DNA of 64,000 nucleotides from the human T2T-CHM13v2.0 reference genome, Homo sapiens, in NCBI RefSeq assembly GCF_009914755.1, contig NC_060937.1, one strand, 5' to 3'. A model generated the notes under the pieces. That model had not been told where the DNA came from. It did not search any database and was given only the letters and a program-made list of their open reading frames with translations. Numbering within the stretch: position 1 is the first letter of the stretch; every line of letters starts with the position of its first letter. A program made the translations under genes and the position numbers. Below, piece after piece: positions 60,092-64,000 of this stretch.

Positions 60092-63000
60092 TTTGGTGGA
60101 AGGAACATAGAGTTGGATCAGGCTGAATTTATTGATTTGTGCCCACTAAGTAGGGACTCTGCATATAACGTTGCAGCTCAGGGAGTTACAAAAGGTTCTA
60201 ATAGTTTATTTGCTTGGTTAGCTGAAATACAGATTAAAAGATGGCCCACTGTGAGTAAGCTATAAATGTCTGATCTCTCTTGATTTAGTGTAGAGGAAGA
60301 GATCCAAAGGCTTAGGAAGGTTGGGATGGTGGAGTGGATTAGTCACTTTAGACCTACTCATTCCATTTGGGAGGGTCCAGAAGATATGCCCTTGACCAAT
60401 GCCTTGCAAAATAGATTTGTGAGGGCAGCACCTGCATCTTTGAAGAGTCCTGTAATTGCTTTTCTCTGTATGTCAGATCTAACAGTGGGAACACAGTCGC
60501 TCAACTACAACAATTAAATACAATGGGAATAATTGGATCCTGAGGTGACAGGGGCCAAGTGGGGGCACTGAACCACCAAAGGCAAGGTGGGCATAGCTAC
60601 CGTAATAAACAGCAAAGACAAAGTGGCAATCAGAATAGTCTGACTTTTGTAGCCCTCAGGTATTGGCTAGTTACTCATGGTGTTCCTAGAAGTGAAATTG
60701 ATAGGAAGCCTATTGCATTCCTACTTAATTTATACAAGCATAAAACTTCTAGGTTGAATGGACATAAGACTAATTTGAATTATAGAAACAGAGAATCATG
60801 GCCCCTCAATCAACTTCCAGACTTGAGCCAGTTTACAGACCCAGATAATGAAGGGGAGGCTGGGTGTCCTTGATCAAGGACCTAACTACATTACTCACAG
60901 TTTGTGCAGTGAATCTTTCTCCCATCCTTACCCAAGGAAACCTCCAGCTTTTTACCAGAGTAACTGTGCACTGGGGATAGGGAAAGGATCAGACATTTCA
61001 GAGACTACTGGACACTGGCTCTGAGCTGATGTTGATTCCAGGGGACCCAAAATGTCATTGTGGTCCTCCAGTTAAAGTAGGGGATTAGGGAGGTCAGGTA
61101 ATTAATGGAGTTTTAGCTCAGGTCCAACTTACAGTGGGTCCCCGGACTCATCCTATGGTCATTTCCCCAGTGCCAGAATGCATAATTGGCATAGACATAC
61201 TTAGCAGCTGGCAGAACCCCCACATTGGCTCTGACTGGTAGGGTGAGGGCTATTGTGGTGGGAAATGCCAAATGGAAGCCATTAGAGCTGTCTCTACCTA
61301 GAAAAATAGTAATTCAAAAATAATATTGCATCCCCGGAGGGACTGCAGAGATTACTGCCACCAACAAGGACTTGAAAGATGCAGAGGTGGTGATTCCCAC
61401 TACATCCCCGTTCAACTCTCCCTTTTGGCCTGTGCAGAAAACAGATGGATCTTGGAGAATGACAGTGAATTATCATAAGCTTAAACAAATGGTGACTCCA
61501 ATTGCAGCTGCTGTACCGGATGTGATTTCATTTCTTGAGCAAATTAACATATCTCCTGGTATCTGATATGCAGCCATTGACTTAGCAAATGCCTTTTTCT
61601 TTATTTTGTCCATAATGTGCATCAGAAGCAATTTGCCTTCAGTTGTTAAGGCCAGAAATATACCTTTACTGTCCTACCTCAGGGGTGTATCAACTCTCTG
61701 GCTTTGTGTTATAATCTTATTTGGAGAGACCTTGATGACTTTTTGCTTCCACAAGATATCACACCGGTCCATTACATTGATGACATTATGCTGATTGGAT
61801 CCCGTGAACAAGAAGTAGCAAACACACTGGACTTATAGGTGAGATATGTGTGTGCCAGAGGATGAGAAATAGACTAAAATTAAGGGACCTTGTACCTCAG
61901 TAAAATTTCCAGGGGTCCAGTGGTGTGGGCCTGTTGTGATATTCCTTCTAAGGTGAAGGATAAGTTGCTTCATTTGGCCCCTCCTACAACCAAGAAAGAG
62001 GAACAATGCCTAGTGGACCTATTTGGATTTTGAAGGCAACACATTTCTCATTTGGGTGTGTTACTCTGGCTCATTTATTAAGTGACCCAAAAGACTGCCA
62101 GTTTTGAGTGGGGTCCAGAACAGAAGATGGCTCTGTAACAGGTCCAGGCTACTGCGCAAGCTGCTCTGCCAATTGGCATATGACCCAGCAGATCCAATGG
62201 TGCTTGAGGTGTCAGTGACACATAGGGATGCTGTGTGAAGCCTTTGGCAGGCCCCCATAGGTGAATCAAAGTGGAGGCCTCAAAGATTTTGGAGCAAGGC
62301 CCTGCCATCTTCTGCTACTCTTTTTTTTTGAGAGACAGCTCTTGGCCTGTTACTGGGCTTTGTTGGAAACTGAACGCTTGACTATGGGTCATCAAGTCAC
62401 CTTGCAACATGAACTGCCTATCATGAACTGGGTGCTTTCTGATCCATCTAGCCATAAAATGAGTCATGAACAGCAGCATTCTATCATCAAATGGAAGTGG
62501 TATATATGTGATCGGGCTTGAGCAGGTCCTGAAGCCACAAGTAAGTTACATGAGGAAGTGGCTCAAATGCCCACGGTCTCTACTGCTGCCACCCTGTCTT
62601 CTCTCCCCCAGCCTGCACTGAAGGCCTCATAGGGAGTTCCCTATGATCAGTTGACAGAGGAAGAGAGGACTAGGGCCTGGTTCACAGGTGATTCTGCATG
62701 ATATGCAGGTACCACCCGAAAGTGGACAGCTGCAGCACTGCAGCCCCTTTCTAGGAGATCTCTGAAGGACAGTGGTGAAAGGAAATCTTCCCAGTGGGCA
62801 GAACTTAGAGCAGTGTACCTGGTTGTGTGCTTTTCATGGAAGAAGAAATGGCTAGATGTGCAATTATATACTGATTCATGGGCTGTAGCCAATGGTTTGA
62901 CTGGATGGTCAGGGAGTTGGAAGAAGCATGCTTGGAAAATTAGTAACAAAGAAATTTGGGGAAGAGGTATGTGGATGGACCTCTCTGAGTGGTCAAAAGC

Positions 63001-64000
63001 TGTGAAGATATTTGTATGTCATGTGACTGCTCACCAATAGGTGACCTCAGCAGAGGAGGAATTTAATAATCAAGTTATTAAATTGATTATTAATAATTAT
63101 AAATTTTTATTAATTTAAAAGAATGATGACCCGTTCTGTGGATACCACTCAGCCTCTTTCCCAGCCACCCTGTCATTGCCCAATGGGCCCATGAACAAAG
63201 TGGCCATGGTGGCAGGGATGGAGGTTATGCACGGGCTCAGCAACATAGACTTCCACTCACCAAGGCTGACCTGGCTATGACCACTGCTGAGTGCCCAATT
63301 TGCCAGCAGCAGAGACCAACACTGAGCCCTCGATATAGCACCATTCCTCAGTGTGATTAGCCAGCTACCTGGTGGCAGGTTGATTATATTGGAACTTTTC
63401 CATCATGGAAAGGGCAGAGGTTTGTCCTCACTGGAACAGACACTTACTCCAGATATGGGTTTGCCTATCCTTCATGCAATGCTTCTGCCAAGACTACCAT
63501 CCATGGACTCACGGAATGCCTTATCCACCATCATGGTATTCCACATAGCACTGCCTCTGACCAAGGCACTCACTTCACTGCTAAAGAAGTGTGGCAGTGG
63601 GCTCATTCTCCTGGAATCCACTGATCTTACCATGCTCCCCATCACCCTGAAGCAGATGAATTGATAGAATGGTGGAATGGCCTTTTGAAGTCAAAATTAC
63701 AATGCCAACTAGGTGACAATACTTTGTGGGGCTGGGGCAAAGTTCTCCTGAAGGCTGTGTATGCTCTGAATCAGTGTCCAATATATGGTGCTGTTTCTCT
63801 CATAGCCTTGATTCATGGGTCTAGGAATGAAGTGGTGGAAGTGACACTACTCACTATCACCCCTAGTGATCCACTAGCAAAATTTTTGCTTCTTGTTCCC
63901 AAGACAGTATGTTCTGCTGGCCTAGAGGTCTTAGTTCCAGAGGAAGAAACAATGCCACCAGGAGACACAATAATCATTCCATTAAATTGGAAGTTAAGAT
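60092..64000 (+). mobile_element. ERV-L (HERVL/ERVL-B4-type) internal gag-pro-pol, decayed, runs off the window
   Basis: Protease LLDTGSEL (~61006); [35 protein letters not shown] (~61783); RNase H SSQWAEL, YTDSW; integrase H..GH, CPIC, WQVDYIG, SDQGTHFT; many stops. Confidence 0.95.

Overview
This is primate DNA, most likely human or great ape (AluY and an L1PA3-type element are present). It is repeat-rich and appears intergenic or intronic. I find no credible host protein-coding exon, RNA gene or CRISPR array, and the ORFs I could assign come from Alu, L1, ERV or microsatellite sequence. Main contents: (1) a decayed 5.0-kb provirus at 3131-8152 with two LTRs, a perfect 5-bp TSD and a Ser-like PBS, which combines class III gag/pol/env remnants with a class I (MER4-group-like) internal block; (2) a nested cluster at 43.9-50.7 kb, where an old L1MA end was hit by a solo LTR, a near full-length L1PB1 and a ~500-bp non-L1 insert; (3) a 5'-truncated L1PA3 with TSD; (4) an old L1M 5' end fused directly to ERV-L gag-pol that runs off the window; (5) about 19 Alus plus MaLR, ERV1 LTRs, MITEs, L2 and MIR. 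I found no evidence of a new biological system. The best leads are fossil retrotransposition and DNA-repair events. Subfamily names come from recalled consensus sequences and need RepeatMasker/Dfam confirmation.
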